In this document: positions 20,375 to 30,928 of the stretch, one piece after another
Numbering within the stretch: the stretch's first letter is position 1
Layout of the letters: the number at the start of each line of letters is the position of its first letter
Origin: Prevotella sp.
GTDB taxonomy: Bacteria; Bacteroidota; Bacteroidia; Bacteroidales; Bacteroidaceae
Reading direction: 5' to 3'
Assembly: GCA_017400455.1 (NCBI GenBank)
Contig: JAFPTC010000145.1
Location: 22,696 to 86,695 of the forward strand
Length of the DNA: 64,000 nucleotides
Made by a program: the position numbers and the translations under genes
Notes under the pieces: generated by a model
Databases searched by the model: none
Seen by the model: only the letters and a program-made list of their open reading frames with translations
Told to the model about the DNA's origin: nothing

Positions 20375-21262
20375 CTACACAATGACTTTCGTCTTTCGAT
20401 ATTTGTCGCGGAAGTCAGTTGGACTGCAACCCTTGCGTTTCTTGAACAGGCGGTTGAAGTTGCACACGGTGTTGAAGCCCGTCTCATAGCAAATCTCCGA
20501 CACAGTGTGGGTGGTGTCAACAAGCAGGCGGGCGGCATGGCCCAGCCGCACATCAACGATATACTCATTGAGGTTCTTGCCGGTGCGCTGCTTGAAGAAG
20601 CGGCTGAAGGCAGAGTCGGTCATGCCCACCATGCTGGCGAGCATGGCCAGGCGCAGCTCGTCGCGGAAATGCTCTTCAATATAGTTCTTCACCTTCAGCA
20701 CGCGGCGCGAATCGCTCTCGGCACTGACCTTGGCAAAGGCCGACGACGAGAGCTCCCGCGCTCCGTCCTGCTTCGACAGCTCGTAAAGGATGGTCATCAG
20801 CTCGGTAACGGCATAGAAGCCTTCACGCACCTGAGAGAGGTGGATGAGCCGGTGATAGACCTGCATGATGGCCGACATGGGGAAGGCGAGGCCCTTCTGC
20901 GCACGCACAAACATTTTATAAATGGAGGAGAAGGGATTGGTGTGGTAGATGCTATGCTCGTAGTTGAAATCGACGACAAACTGCACCGTCACCTCGTGGA
21001 TGTCGTCGCTTTGACATTCATGCTGCTCCCAGACGTGCTCCAAGTCAGGGCTGGTGATGAGCACCAGGTCGTACTGGCCGATGACCTCGCTGCTGTCGCC
21101 CACGGTACGGCGACAGCCGGCCCCATTCTCCACAAAGTTCAGCTCAAACAGCTCATGGCAGTGGATGGGATAGGTGAACTCCTTCTTGTGGCGGTCGGCC
21201 ACGTACATGAAGTCGTGGTCGGCCAGCGGGGTTATCTCATGCAGGACTCTTGACTCCCTCAT
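20375..21262 (-). CDS. AraC-family transcriptional regulator with N-terminal cupin domain
   Basis: YPIHCHELFELN; C-terminal FSRFFK...EICYETGFN...FNRLFKKRKGCSP. Confidence 0.93.
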   Translation of the reverse strand: MRESRVLHEITPLADHDFMYVADRHKKEFTYPIHCHELFELNFVENGAGCRRTVGDSSEVIGQYDLVLITSPDLEHVWEQHECQSDDIHEVTVQFVVDFNYEHSIYHTNPFSSIYKMFVRAQKGLAFPMSAIMQVYHRLIHLSQVREGFYAVTELMTILYELSKQDGARELSSSAFAKVSAESDSRRVLKVKNYIEEHFRDELRLAMLASMVGMTDSAFSRFFKQRTGKNLNEYIVDVRLGHAARLLVDTTHTVSEICYETGFNTVCNFNRLFKKRKGCSPTDFRDKYRKTKVIV

Positions 21263-21284
21263 ACAGGTAACGAATGCAACTTTA

Positions 21285-23810
21285 CTACTCCTGTTCTGAC
21301 TGTTTCTGCTTCTTTTTCCTGCTGATCACAGCCAGGGCTATTACCGCCACAACCAGCAGAAGCATGATGATTAAGGCCACGTAGGCGATGGTCTCGGTGG
21401 TCTTAACCGACTGCGGATCGAAGGAGAGCACCACCTGATGCTGGCCCGCACCGATGTGCATGGCGCGCAGCACGTAGTTCACTCGTCCCAGCTCGGCCGG
21501 CTGTCCGTCGACGGTGGCTGTCCAGCCGGGGTAGTAAATCTCCGAGAAGACCAGCACGCCGCCCGTCTGGCTATTGACCGAATATTTCAGCAGGTTGGGC
21601 TCGTAGCTGTCGAGATGGACCGTTGCGGCTGAGTCGAGGGCAGCCGCCTTGCCCAGCACGCTCTCGAACTGACGGTCGGCCACGGCCTCATGGCGCAGGT
21701 CAATCTTTCCCAGTCCGGCCAGCTCGTCGTTGGCATTGGCCACATACTGTACATTGTCCACAAACCAGGCGTTGCCCTGGGTGTGGGGATTGACGATGGC
21801 CATGTCGTTGCTCACGATGAAATACTTGGTGTTGAGCATGTTGAGCACAGGGTAGATGCTGTCGCCGGCAATGGAGTCAAGCTGGCCCCGGCTGGCGTTG
21901 ATGGCCTGGGCCGCGCCCTGCATCTCAGGAGCGATGTAGGCGGTGATGAGTTCGTTGTAGCGGCCCAGCTTGGCGGCATGATAGCCACCCACGCTCTTGT
22001 GGTAGAAGCTGGTCTCGTTCTCGTTGAACGTGTCGCCAGCAAAGTTCAGCACGCGGAAGTCGGGTTCCTTGTCCTGCAGGATTTGCTGGTTCACGGGCTT
22101 GATGGCATGCGACGTCTGGCGAACCTGAGCATCGACGAACAGGCCGTCGTACAGGTAGCGCTTGTTCACCTGCCACAGGTCGAAGAGGCAGAGCACGGCC
22201 AGTGCACCCACTAAGGGCAATGCCTTCAGCTTCTGCGCACGATAGAGCAGCAGAAGCAGGGTGCCGATGACAATGATGAAGAACGAGCGCCAGCAGTCGG
22301 CCGTGAACACGGGCACGCGCATCTTGGCCAGGTTCTCGCTCACCATGTTTATCTGGCTGGCGTCAGCATATTGCGACAGGCGCTGCACGTCGCCCTCGCT
22401 GACAAACGAGAAGAACGTGTTGGGCATCAAGGCAAAGAGCAGGCAGAAGCCGGCCGTGAGCCCGAAGGCGGTATAGACATAGCGGATTTTCTTCTTCAGC
22501 ACCTCTGGCTCGTCGATGATGGTCTTCAGCGCCATCATGGCCAGCAGGGGGATGGTGAACTCGGCAATGACCAGAATGCTCGACACCGTGCGGAACTTGG
22601 CATACATGGGCACGTAGTCGATGAAGAAGTCGGTGAGCCCCATGAAGTTCTTACCCCATGAGAGGAGGATGCTGAAGATGGTGGCTCCGAGAAGTGCCCA
22701 TTTCATCGGCCCCTTCACGATGAACAGGCCGAGGATGAAGAGCATCATCACAAAGGCGCCCACATAGACGGGGCCGGCGGTGAAAGGCTGATCGCCCCAA
22801 TACTGATACCACTGTCCGCAGAAGTCGCGCAGCTGCGGGTCGCTGGCATCCATCGAGGCGGCATTGTTTTTCAGTTGCTCGCTGTGCGAGCCGCCCTTGG
22901 CGTTGGGGATGAGGAGCGTCCACGTCTCGCCAATGCCATAGCTCCACTGGGTGATGTAGGCCCGGTCCAGTCCGCCGTCGGTCGAGGTCTGGCCGTCGCC
23001 CTGCGTCAGCTCGGTGCCGCCGCGCATGGTCTGCTGAGAGTATTCCCACGTGTGATAGAGGTTCGAGATGTTCACCAGCACGCCCAGCAGTCCGCCCACG
23101 AGGCAGACGCCCGTGGCCTTCAGCCACTGCGCCATCTGTTTCTTGCGGACAGCCTCCACGGCATAGGCCGCCACCATGAAGAGCATGAGGAACAGATAGT
23201 AATAGGTCATCTGCATGTGGTTGGCATGCACCTCCAAGGCAGTGAAGATGGCGGTGACCACCAGGCCCCACAGGAACTTACCCCTATAGGCCAGCACCAT
23301 GCCGCCGATGAGCGGGGGCAGATAGGCCAGGGCCATGACCTTCCACATGTGGCCGGCGGCAATGATGATGAGGAAATAGGTGCTGAAGGCCCAGAGAATG
23401 GAACCCAGCGCGGCCAGGTACTGACGGAAGTTGAACGCCCGCAGCAGGATGTAGAAGCCCAGCAGATAGGCAAACAGGTGCCACACATAGTCGGGCAGCC
23501 ACAGGTGATAGGCTTTCTCGGCCGTCACCACCGCCGACGTGCTGTCGTAGGACGGGGCTATCTGGTAGGTGGGCATGCCTCCAAAAAGGCTGTTGGTCCA
23601 GCGGGTGCGCTCGCCCGTGCGCTCCAGGTACTCCTTGGCCTCCTGGCCGGCACCGGCACCGGCCGAGGTGTCGTGCTGATAGAGAATACGGCCCTCCGTG
23701 TCGGCGGGATAGAAATAGGCAAAAGCCACAATGGCGAACAATACTACTGCCACCACGTCAGGCAGCCAAACTTTCCAGGAATTCTTCATGCTATCTTGAT
23801 TTGCTCTCAT
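21285..23810 (-). CDS. YfhO-like polytopic membrane protein (GT-C-like)
   Basis: WTNSLFGGMPTY, many TM segments, VGGYHAAKL, FSEIYYPGW; start may be 23789. Confidence 0.85.
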   Translation of the reverse strand: MRANQDSMKNSWKVWLPDVVAVVLFAIVAFAYFYPADTEGRILYQHDTSAGAGAGQEAKEYLERTGERTRWTNSLFGGMPTYQIAPSYDSTSAVVTAEKAYHLWLPDYVWHLFAYLLGFYILLRAFNFRQYLAALGSILWAFSTYFLIIIAAGHMWKVMALAYLPPLIGGMVLAYRGKFLWGLVVTAIFTALEVHANHMQMTYYYLFLMLFMVAAYAVEAVRKKQMAQWLKATGVCLVGGLLGVLVNISNLYHTWEYSQQTMRGGTELTQGDGQTSTDGGLDRAYITQWSYGIGETWTLLIPNAKGGSHSEQLKNNAASMDASDPQLRDFCGQWYQYWGDQPFTAGPVYVGAFVMMLFILGLFIVKGPMKWALLGATIFSILLSWGKNFMGLTDFFIDYVPMYAKFRTVSSILVIAEFTIPLLAMMALKTIIDEPEVLKKKIRYVYTAFGLTAGFCLLFALMPNTFFSFVSEGDVQRLSQYADASQINMVSENLAKMRVPVFTADCWRSFFIIVIGTLLLLLYRAQKLKALPLVGALAVLCLFDLWQVNKRYLYDGLFVDAQVRQTSHAIKPVNQQILQDKEPDFRVLNFAGDTFNENETSFYHKSVGGYHAAKLGRYNELITAYIAPEMQGAAQAINASRGQLDSIAGDSIYPVLNMLNTKYFIVSNDMAIVNPHTQGNAWFVDNVQYVANANDELAGLGKIDLRHEAVADRQFESVLGKAAALDSAATVHLDSYEPNLLKYSVNSQTGGVLVFSEIYYPGWTATVDGQPAELGRVNYVLRAMHIGAGQHQVVLSFDPQSVKTTETIAYVALIIMLLLVVAVIALAVISRKKKQKQSEQE

Positions 23811-24002
23811 TTAGAGTTGCAAAGGTACATTTTTTAATTTGAATGACAAAGAATTATCAAGAAAATATTCAAATATGAACGTCATAACGTCATATTTTGC
23901 AGAAGAAACTAAGGGCCAAATGGTTACGCATGACGTTTGGTTTTTTGAAACGTGATGCGCTGGGGCTTGGGGAATGGCTCGGCGGAAAAGGGCAGCGGGT
24001 TT

Positions 24003-24124
24003 AAAAAAAATCTCACGTGAGATTATTTTCTGGGGAGGCCTCCCGTAAAAAAATCTCACGTGAGAAATTTTTCTGGGGAGGCCTCCCGTAAAAATTTCTC
24101 ACGTGAGATTTTTTCACGCGGCGT
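24003..24124. repeat. REP-like cluster B (3 cores)
   Basis: CACGTG at 24014, 24057, 24100. Confidence 0.9.
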
Positions 24125-24202
24125 TGAGATTTTCAAAAGGCTCAATGCCGCTGATTGGCATGGCGTCTTGCCAGAAGGAAAATCCTGGCAGAGGAACGCG
24201 GC

Positions 24203-25825
24203 TTAGTAGCCGGGGTTCTGCTCCCAACCGGGGTTCAGGTCCAGCATCTCCTGCTCGATAGGGAAGATGCGGTGACGCTTGTCGAAGTTAGCATCGGGGA
24301 AGTTCTGGTAGTGGGGGAAGAACTCGTCCTCGAAGTGGCCGAAGCGAATCATGTCGTTGCGGCGCCAGTTCTCGTCGAAGAACTCGCGTCCACGCTCGTC
24401 ATAGATGTCGCTAAGCGTGGGCTCAGCGGCAATCTCGGGAGCTCCGGCGTACTTGCGAACCTGGTTGAAGAGGTCCTTGGCGCCGCTCTGTCCGGTACGT
24501 GCAAGGCACTCGGCCTTCATGAGCAGGATGTCAGCATAGCGGAACAGGGGCAGGTCGTTCGACTGGTTGCGCCCGTTGTTATAATCGGCAGGGATGATGA
24601 ACCACTTGATGGAGTGAGCACCCTGCTGGATGGACTCGTCAGTGTTGCCCACATCGATGGTGTTGTCCTGCTTGGCCAGGGTGATGGTTTCGGTGAAGTG
24701 TACCTGCTTGTCCTTAAACATGAACGGCTCGCTGGTGGGGCGCAGCGTCTTCGGGTCGCGGATGAAGACATCGCCCTTCAGGATGCAGAGGTTGCGGATG
24801 TCGCCCTCAAGGCTGAACAGCTTCACAAACTCGGGCGTCACCACCATGTTGCCGCCAAACGACTGGGTGAAGGCATCGGACGAGCCGTAGACATTGGGCA
24901 CCATGCCCTTGAGCTGCTTGAACGAGCGGGGACGGGCATACTGGAAGCCGGCACGGTCGATGGCATCGTAGGGCATGACGTAGATGAAGTCCTCAACGGT
25001 CCAACCGTTGTCGTAGGAGAACTTGTGCAGATAGTCTACTGAGCCAAGGTTGAACTTTCCGCTGTTGATAATATCGTTGCAAGCCTCGATGCAGGCGTCG
25101 AGCTTGGGATTGGCAGCCGTGGCGGCATCGTACTTGTCGACGGACTCAGCCGTGTACACGGCCCAGTTCAGGTAGAGCTTGGCCAGAAGGGCCTCAGCCA
25201 TCCACTTCGTCGGCTTGCCATAGGTGTTCTCAGTAACGTCCTCGGTGAGCGAGGGAATGATCTCGGTAAGTTCTTTTTCTATCCACTCGGCCACCTCCTT
25301 GCGCGGCGAACGAGGCACCACCTCGCCCTCGGCAGGAATAGACTCGATGATGGGCGTGTCGCCGAAGCTGTCCATCAGTATCCAAGTGAAGTAGGCACGC
25401 ATGGCTCGGGCCGGAGCCTTCATCTGGTCAGAGGCGCCGCTGCCAAGGTCGGCAAGAATGGTGTTGGCCTTGGTGATGCCGGCCGTAACATCCGAGTACC
25501 AGTCGAGCGAGGCATCGGTGGCTGAACTGCAGTGCAGGGCCTGGTGGGCATAGGTGCCACTGTCATAATAGCCGCCATCGAAGGCAAGGCCAGTGAACTC
25601 ATCAGAAGCAAGACATTGTGCCTCCATATAACGGCGACCGAGCGTCCCGGCCAGGTGGAAGTACACATCGGACATCTTGGCCTCGACCACAATCATCGGG
25701 TCGATGCCAGAATTTTCACTTGGGTCTACGATGTACTGCGAACTTGGTGCGACTTCCAGATCTGTACAACTGGAAAGTGCCACGGCAAACAAGCCAGTTG
25801 CAAGAATAAATTTATTTCGTTTCAT
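24203..25825 (-). CDS. SusD/RagB-family lipoprotein
   Basis: LSSCTDL; LFRYADILLMKAE; ERGREFFDENWRRNDMIRFG; QNPGY. Confidence 0.95.
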   Translation of the reverse strand: MKRNKFILATGLFAVALSSCTDLEVAPSSQYIVDPSENSGIDPMIVVEAKMSDVYFHLAGTLGRRYMEAQCLASDEFTGLAFDGGYYDSGTYAHQALHCSSATDASLDWYSDVTAGITKANTILADLGSGASDQMKAPARAMRAYFTWILMDSFGDTPIIESIPAEGEVVPRSPRKEVAEWIEKELTEIIPSLTEDVTENTYGKPTKWMAEALLAKLYLNWAVYTAESVDKYDAATAANPKLDACIEACNDIINSGKFNLGSVDYLHKFSYDNGWTVEDFIYVMPYDAIDRAGFQYARPRSFKQLKGMVPNVYGSSDAFTQSFGGNMVVTPEFVKLFSLEGDIRNLCILKGDVFIRDPKTLRPTSEPFMFKDKQVHFTETITLAKQDNTIDVGNTDESIQQGAHSIKWFIIPADYNNGRNQSNDLPLFRYADILLMKAECLARTGQSGAKDLFNQVRKYAGAPEIAAEPTLSDIYDERGREFFDENWRRNDMIRFGHFEDEFFPHYQNFPDANFDKRHRIFPIEQEMLDLNPGWEQNPGY

Positions 25826-25850
25826 AGTCGAATCTGATTAAAATATTGGT

Positions 25851-28800
25851 TTACTTTACGGTCACGATAGCAATGCGGTTAGAATGATTGGTGTCTGCAC
25901 CCTTAGCCACAACACGCGTTACGTTCACGCCCTTGGCCTGCAGGAACTTGGCCACAGCATCGGCACGCTCTTGCGAGAGCTTCTGGTTGGCATCGGCGTT
26001 GCCTTCGGGCGAAGCATAGGCCACAACCTCTACATTGGCGCCCTTCTGAATGCCGGCCAGCTCAGCGCTGTTGCTAATCTCAGCAGAGTTCACGGGGAAG
26101 GTCACCACATAGGTGCTCTGGACGAAGGTCTCCTTGTCCTTGCCGGGCACTTCCTTGATGACTTCCTTGACGGTAGGCACCTCGCGCACCACTTCTCTGT
26201 CAACATACTGCACGACAGGTCTGTCGGCCTTCGTGGACTTGCTGCCACCAAAGTTGATCTTCACGCCAAACAGGAAGGAACGGGTGTGGGGGTAGCGGCT
26301 CCAGCGATAGTCGATGCCCGGGTCAATGCCGCCGAGGTTCACCTCGGGATCAAGGCCCTTATAGTCGGTGATGGTGAGCAGGTTGTTGGCCGTGCCATAG
26401 AGGGTGAGATCCTGAATCCAGTCGTTGAAGCAGTTGCGGAAGGTGTAGCTCAGCGAGAGCGACTGCAGGCGCACGTAGCTGCCTTTCTCAATCCAGCGGT
26501 CGGAGGGCAGCGAGCCAGAAGCGTCGCCAGCGGGATAAGAAAGGAACTCTTTCAGCACGTTCTTGCCGTCGGAGAACATCTGGGCGCTGGTGTAGTGGGC
26601 ACGCGGTGAGTTGTACACGTCATTGCCGAAGACGCCAGTGATAAAGGCGTTCAGGTTCCAGTTCTTATAGCTGAAATTGTTGTTCCAGCCAACGTTCAGC
26701 TTGGGCTGGGCGCAACCGGTGATGGAACGGTCCTTGCGCGAGGGATTGTTGGTGGTAGCGCCAGTACGGTTACCGTTGTCGTCGAGCACATAGTATTCCG
26801 AGCGGCCGTTCACAGTGCCTGCATACTGATACGTATAGAACGTACCGATAGGCTCGCCCTCGATAATCATCTGAGTCCAGCCCTCACCAGAGACGCCTGA
26901 AACCATCGGCTCGCCCTGAGTGAGCGGGGTGTCGAAGAACTTTGCATTGGTCACCTTGTCCACCGTGTTCTTGTTGTGCGACAGGTTAAGCGTGGTCATC
27001 CAGTTGAAGTTCTTGGTGCGAATGGCATCGAAGTTCACGGTCAATTCAATACCCTTGTTGGTCATCTCGCCCACGTTGGCCTGAATCCAGTTGTAGATGT
27101 ACTGAGTAGTCGACACGCGGTAGTCCCAAATCAGGTCCTTGGTCTTCTTGTGATAGACCTCGATGGTACCGTTGATGCGGTTCTTCAGGAAGCCGAAGTC
27201 CAGACCGATGTTCAGCATGCCGGTCGTCTCCCACTTCAGGTCGGGGTTGGAGTTCTTGGTTGCGCCGTAGGTGCGATAGGTCTTGCCGTCGTAAGTGAAG
27301 GTGCCCGAAGCACCATAGGCGGGATAGGACGAATAGACATCGAAGCCCATGGAGTTACCCGAGAGGCCGTAACCGGCACGCAGCTTCAGGTTTGAGAAGA
27401 AGTTCTGGTTCTTCATGAACTGTTCCTCAGTGATGTTCCAAGCAGCCGATACCGAGGGGAACGTACCCCAGCGATTGTTCTTGCCGAAGACCGACGATCC
27501 GTCGCGGCGAATGGTGGCTTGCAGCATGTAGCGGCTGTCGAACGAATAGTTGGCACGGCCGTAGTAAGAAATGTTGCGGATCTTCTGTACATTACCGCTC
27601 TCAACGGAGTTCTGAACGCCGAGAATGGTCTGGGCGTAGGACATATTGTTCCATTTAAGGTCGTCGTTGAAGTAGCCTTCCACGCTGAGTCCGAAACCAT
27701 CGTTGTATTTCTTTTCCTCCCAGGTGTAACCGGCCATCAGGCCCACCTTGTGCTTGCCCAACGTGAAGTCGTAGTTCAGGTAGGTCTCGAAGGTCTGCTC
27801 ATGGCCGAAGTAGGTGTTGCGGGTGGCCTGGCCGTTCTTGTTGCCGATGCCCTCCAGCTGCGAATTGCGGGTGTTGTAGGCGCTGTAGGTGCTCTGGTAG
27901 TTGCTCCAAGAGTAGTTTACGTTCCAGAACAGGCCTTTCCAGAGTTCAAGGGCGGTCTTGCCGATGAACTGGTTGCGCTTGAACACGGTCTCCGAGCGGT
28001 TCTCCTCAATCAGGGCCAGCGGGTTGTAGTTCTTCGAACCAGCACCCACCGTCCATGTGCCGTCGGCATTCTTGATGGCATTGGTAGGAGAATAGTAGTT
28101 CATGGCATCGAGCACCGAAGCACCCTCGTTGCCACGGGGCACATCCTTACGCTTGCCATAGACGGAATTCAAGCCCATGGACACTGTGAGATGATCTTTC
28201 AGCAGCTTGGTAGACACCAGCGAGCGCACATTGAAGCGATCCATGCCGTTCTGCTTGAAGACGCCTTCACGCTTCATCAGGTTGGCGCTTACCATATAGT
28301 TCGTCTTGCCGTTGCCGCCGGTGATACCCACATTGTGGTTGTGGCTGATGCCCGTGCGGAGCACCTCGTCCTGCCAGTCCACGTCGGCACCGCCATCCTT
28401 CAGCGTCACGCCGTTGTCGGCGGCATATTTGCGCAGGTCGGCAGCCGTAGCCACGTCATATTTCTTGAGAATATTGTCGAAAGCCACATAGCCGTTGTAG
28501 GTCACGTTGGTCTTGTCTTCGCCACCTTTCTTGGTGGTGATGATGATGACGCCGTTGGCAGCCTTCGAGCCATAGATGGCCGTAGCGGTGGCATCGCGCA
28601 GCACGTCGATGCTCTCGATGTCGTCAGGCGACACCATCGAGATGTCTACGCCGGGAATACCGTCGATCACATAGAAGGGCTGCATGGCATCGCCGGTGCG
28701 CAGGGTGGAGGCACCACGCAGGGTGATGGTGGGAGCACCGTTAGGATCGGCCGTGGATGAGACGACCAGTCCGGGCACTTTGCCTTGCAGCATCTGGCCG

Positions 28801-29216
28801 GGATCGGTGAACACGCCCTGATTCAGGTCCTTGGCCTGAACGGTGGTGATGGAGCTGGTGACATCCTTGCGGCGCATGGTGCCATAGCCCACGACGACGA
28901 CCTCTTCGAGCAGCTGGTTGTCTTCCTGCATGGTGACCACCATGCCATTGACGGCGCGCTGCGTCTGGGTGTTGTAGCCAATGTAGCTGAACTCCAGGCT
29001 GGCTCCCTGGGGCACGTTGAGGGTGAACTGTCCGTTCACGTTGGTCGTCACGCCATTCTGCGTGCCGGCCTGCTTCACGCTCACGCCTATGAGGGCCTCG
29101 CCCTTGGCGTCGCGCACGGTGCCGCTGATGTGCTGCTGAGCCCAGGCGACGGTGGTCACCATCAGGAGCACGGCCAGCGCCAGCATGCGGCTGAATGCAT
29201 TCTTTACGTTTCGCAT
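25851..29216 (-). CDS. SusC/RagA TonB-dependent transporter fused to a C-terminal OmpA-like domain
   Basis: LRDATATAIYGSKAANGVIIITTKKG; barrel end FGVKINF followed by 132 more residues containing YASPEG...NQKLSQERADAVAKFL. Confidence 0.92.
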   Translation of the reverse strand: MRNVKNAFSRMLALAVLLMVTTVAWAQQHISGTVRDAKGEALIGVSVKQAGTQNGVTTNVNGQFTLNVPQGASLEFSYIGYNTQTQRAVNGMVVTMQEDNQLLEEVVVVGYGTMRRKDVTSSITTVQAKDLNQGVFTDPGQMLQGKVPGLVVSSTADPNGAPTITLRGASTLRTGDAMQPFYVIDGIPGVDISMVSPDDIESIDVLRDATATAIYGSKAANGVIIITTKKGGEDKTNVTYNGYVAFDNILKKYDVATAADLRKYAADNGVTLKDGGADVDWQDEVLRTGISHNHNVGITGGNGKTNYMVSANLMKREGVFKQNGMDRFNVRSLVSTKLLKDHLTVSMGLNSVYGKRKDVPRGNEGASVLDAMNYYSPTNAIKNADGTWTVGAGSKNYNPLALIEENRSETVFKRNQFIGKTALELWKGLFWNVNYSWSNYQSTYSAYNTRNSQLEGIGNKNGQATRNTYFGHEQTFETYLNYDFTLGKHKVGLMAGYTWEEKKYNDGFGLSVEGYFNDDLKWNNMSYAQTILGVQNSVESGNVQKIRNISYYGRANYSFDSRYMLQATIRRDGSSVFGKNNRWGTFPSVSAAWNITEEQFMKNQNFFSNLKLRAGYGLSGNSMGFDVYSSYPAYGASGTFTYDGKTYRTYGATKNSNPDLKWETTGMLNIGLDFGFLKNRINGTIEVYHKKTKDLIWDYRVSTTQYIYNWIQANVGEMTNKGIELTVNFDAIRTKNFNWMTTLNLSHNKNTVDKVTNAKFFDTPLTQGEPMVSGVSGEGWTQMIIEGEPIGTFYTYQYAGTVNGRSEYYVLDDNGNRTGATTNNPSRKDRSITGCAQPKLNVGWNNNFSYKNWNLNAFITGVFGNDVYNSPRAHYTSAQMFSDGKNVLKEFLSYPAGDASGSLPSDRWIEKGSYVRLQSLSLSYTFRNCFNDWIQDLTLYGTANNLLTITDYKGLDPEVNLGGIDPGIDYRWSRYPHTRSFLFGVKINFGGSKSTKADRPVVQYVDREVVREVPTVKEVIKEVPGKDKETFVQSTYVVTFPVNSAEISNSAELAGIQKGANVEVVAYASPEGNADANQKLSQERADAVAKFLQAKGVNVTRVVAKGADTNHSNRIAIVTVK

Positions 29217-29232
29217 AAGATTCTTTTTTTCG

Positions 29233-30702
29233 TTATTTGTTAGTGTTAATAAAGTTCTTCAGTCTGTGAATGGGGTTCAGCGAATTGTCGGGATACTTCA
29301 CCTTTCCGTCGTAGCTGCTCAGGTAGTTGTTCACCACCAGGTTGTCGATGTTCACCCCCGAGGCCTGCTCGATGTAGACGCCATAGACGCGGCCCGTGAC
29401 AAAGGCTTCGCCCTTGCAGGGACGGCGGTCGTAGATGCCGTTGGCATAGTTGGTTTGCCGGCGCAGGTTCAGCGTGACGTTGCTCAGCGTGATGTCGCTC
29501 ACCTTGTCGGGCGTGTCGCCGCCGATGAAGCAGCCATTCTCACTGGTGGCCTGGATGTTCTGGAAGGTGATGCGGCTCACGGCGCCCGAGCGGCCCTGGG
29601 TCTCGCCCTTGGGGAAGCGCCAGTTGGCGTCCTTGTGGTTGCCGTCGGCACGGGGATAGCTGGTCACATAGATGGGTTCGGCCTTGCCCCACCACACGTC
29701 ACTCCATAGCTGCAGGTCCATCATGATGTTCGAGAAGGTGATGTCGGTCACCGTTCCCTCGTCGCGGTTCTGTATGCCCACTCCTCGGTTCGACTGGGTG
29801 ATGATGCAGTTGTCGAACAACACATTATATATATTGTCCATGTTCTCCGAGCCAATCTTAATGGCGCAGGAGCGCGAGCTGAGGGTGCAGTTGGTGACCA
29901 CAATGTCGTGGCAGGCGCCGTATTCCTGATACTCGCGCCGGTTCTTCAGGCAGATGCAGTCGTCGCCCGAGGTGATGTGGCAGTTAGATATACGCACGTT
30001 CTTCGAGTGGTCCAGGTCTATGCCGTCGCCATTGCGTATCTTGAGGTTGTTCAGCAGGTTGATGCCGTCGATGAGGGCCACGTTGCAGCCCACGAGGTGC
30101 ACGGTCCAGTAGGCGCCCTCGGTGATGGTGACGTCGCGTATCATCAGGTTGTCGCAGCCAATGAGCGTGAGCACATGAGGCCGTGGATCTTCTACAGTGA
30201 GGTGTTGCTGCGCCGATGGGGAATCAACTCTTAACTCTTCACTCTTAACTCTTAACTCTTTCAGTTCATAGCTGTCGCTCAGCTCCTGGCCCATGAACTT
30301 AATGCCGTTGCCGTGGATGGTGCCCCGGCCGGTGATGCTCAGGTTGCGGGCATTCTTGGCCCAGAGCCACATCATGCCCTCGCCACGGTTCTGGCCGAAG
30401 GCGCTCAGCGTGTAAAGACTCTCATCAGGATTACAGAGCAGCGTGGCGGTGCTCTCAAGGTGCAGCTCCACGTGGCTCTTCAGCTCCACGGGCCCGCAAA
30501 GGAAGGTGTGTTGCCGGGGCAGCAGCACGCGGCCGCCGCCTTCAGCCGTGCATCGGTCTATGGCCTGCTGCAGCGCAGCGGCATCGTCGGTCACGCCATC
30601 GCCCTTGGCGCCGAAGTCAAGCACATTGTACACCGCTTGGGCATGAACGGTTACAGTGCAAACCATCAACAAGAAAGCCCAAAAAAGTCGGTTCATTCTC
30701 AT
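29233..30702 (-). CDS. GH28 glycoside hydrolase (polygalacturonase-like)
   Basis: FGAKGDG, NGDGID, GDDCI, IKIGSE motifs. Confidence 0.9.
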   Translation of the reverse strand: MRMNRLFWAFLLMVCTVTVHAQAVYNVLDFGAKGDGVTDDAAALQQAIDRCTAEGGGRVLLPRQHTFLCGPVELKSHVELHLESTATLLCNPDESLYTLSAFGQNRGEGMMWLWAKNARNLSITGRGTIHGNGIKFMGQELSDSYELKELRVKSEELRVDSPSAQQHLTVEDPRPHVLTLIGCDNLMIRDVTITEGAYWTVHLVGCNVALIDGINLLNNLKIRNGDGIDLDHSKNVRISNCHITSGDDCICLKNRREYQEYGACHDIVVTNCTLSSRSCAIKIGSENMDNIYNVLFDNCIITQSNRGVGIQNRDEGTVTDITFSNIMMDLQLWSDVWWGKAEPIYVTSYPRADGNHKDANWRFPKGETQGRSGAVSRITFQNIQATSENGCFIGGDTPDKVSDITLSNVTLNLRRQTNYANGIYDRRPCKGEAFVTGRVYGVYIEQASGVNIDNLVVNNYLSSYDGKVKYPDNSLNPIHRLKNFINTNK

Positions 30703-30928
30703 GGTGTTAAGTTAACAATGATAATTGCGGGGCAAAGGTACATCATTTTTTTCAAAAATGAAAAAAAAATGTGCTTTTTTTGCAATAAGAGAGGGCCGAC
30801 GTCGCGCTTGACAGTCGGCCCATGGCTCTTCTTGGAAAAATGTGAAGCTTCGCAGCTTGATGAAGTTTTGTTTTAATCCTAAATGATAATGTTATAGAGA
30901 AAGCATAGAAATATAATCTCTTTTTGGT

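Noticed and set aside
24003-24124. CRISPR array interpretation of the 43-bp clusters (or of the 41-43 kb and 60.1 kb repeats)
   Set aside because: Intervening sequences are near-identical or are whole genes, not unique ~30-bp spacers; only 2-5 units; no cas genes in the window
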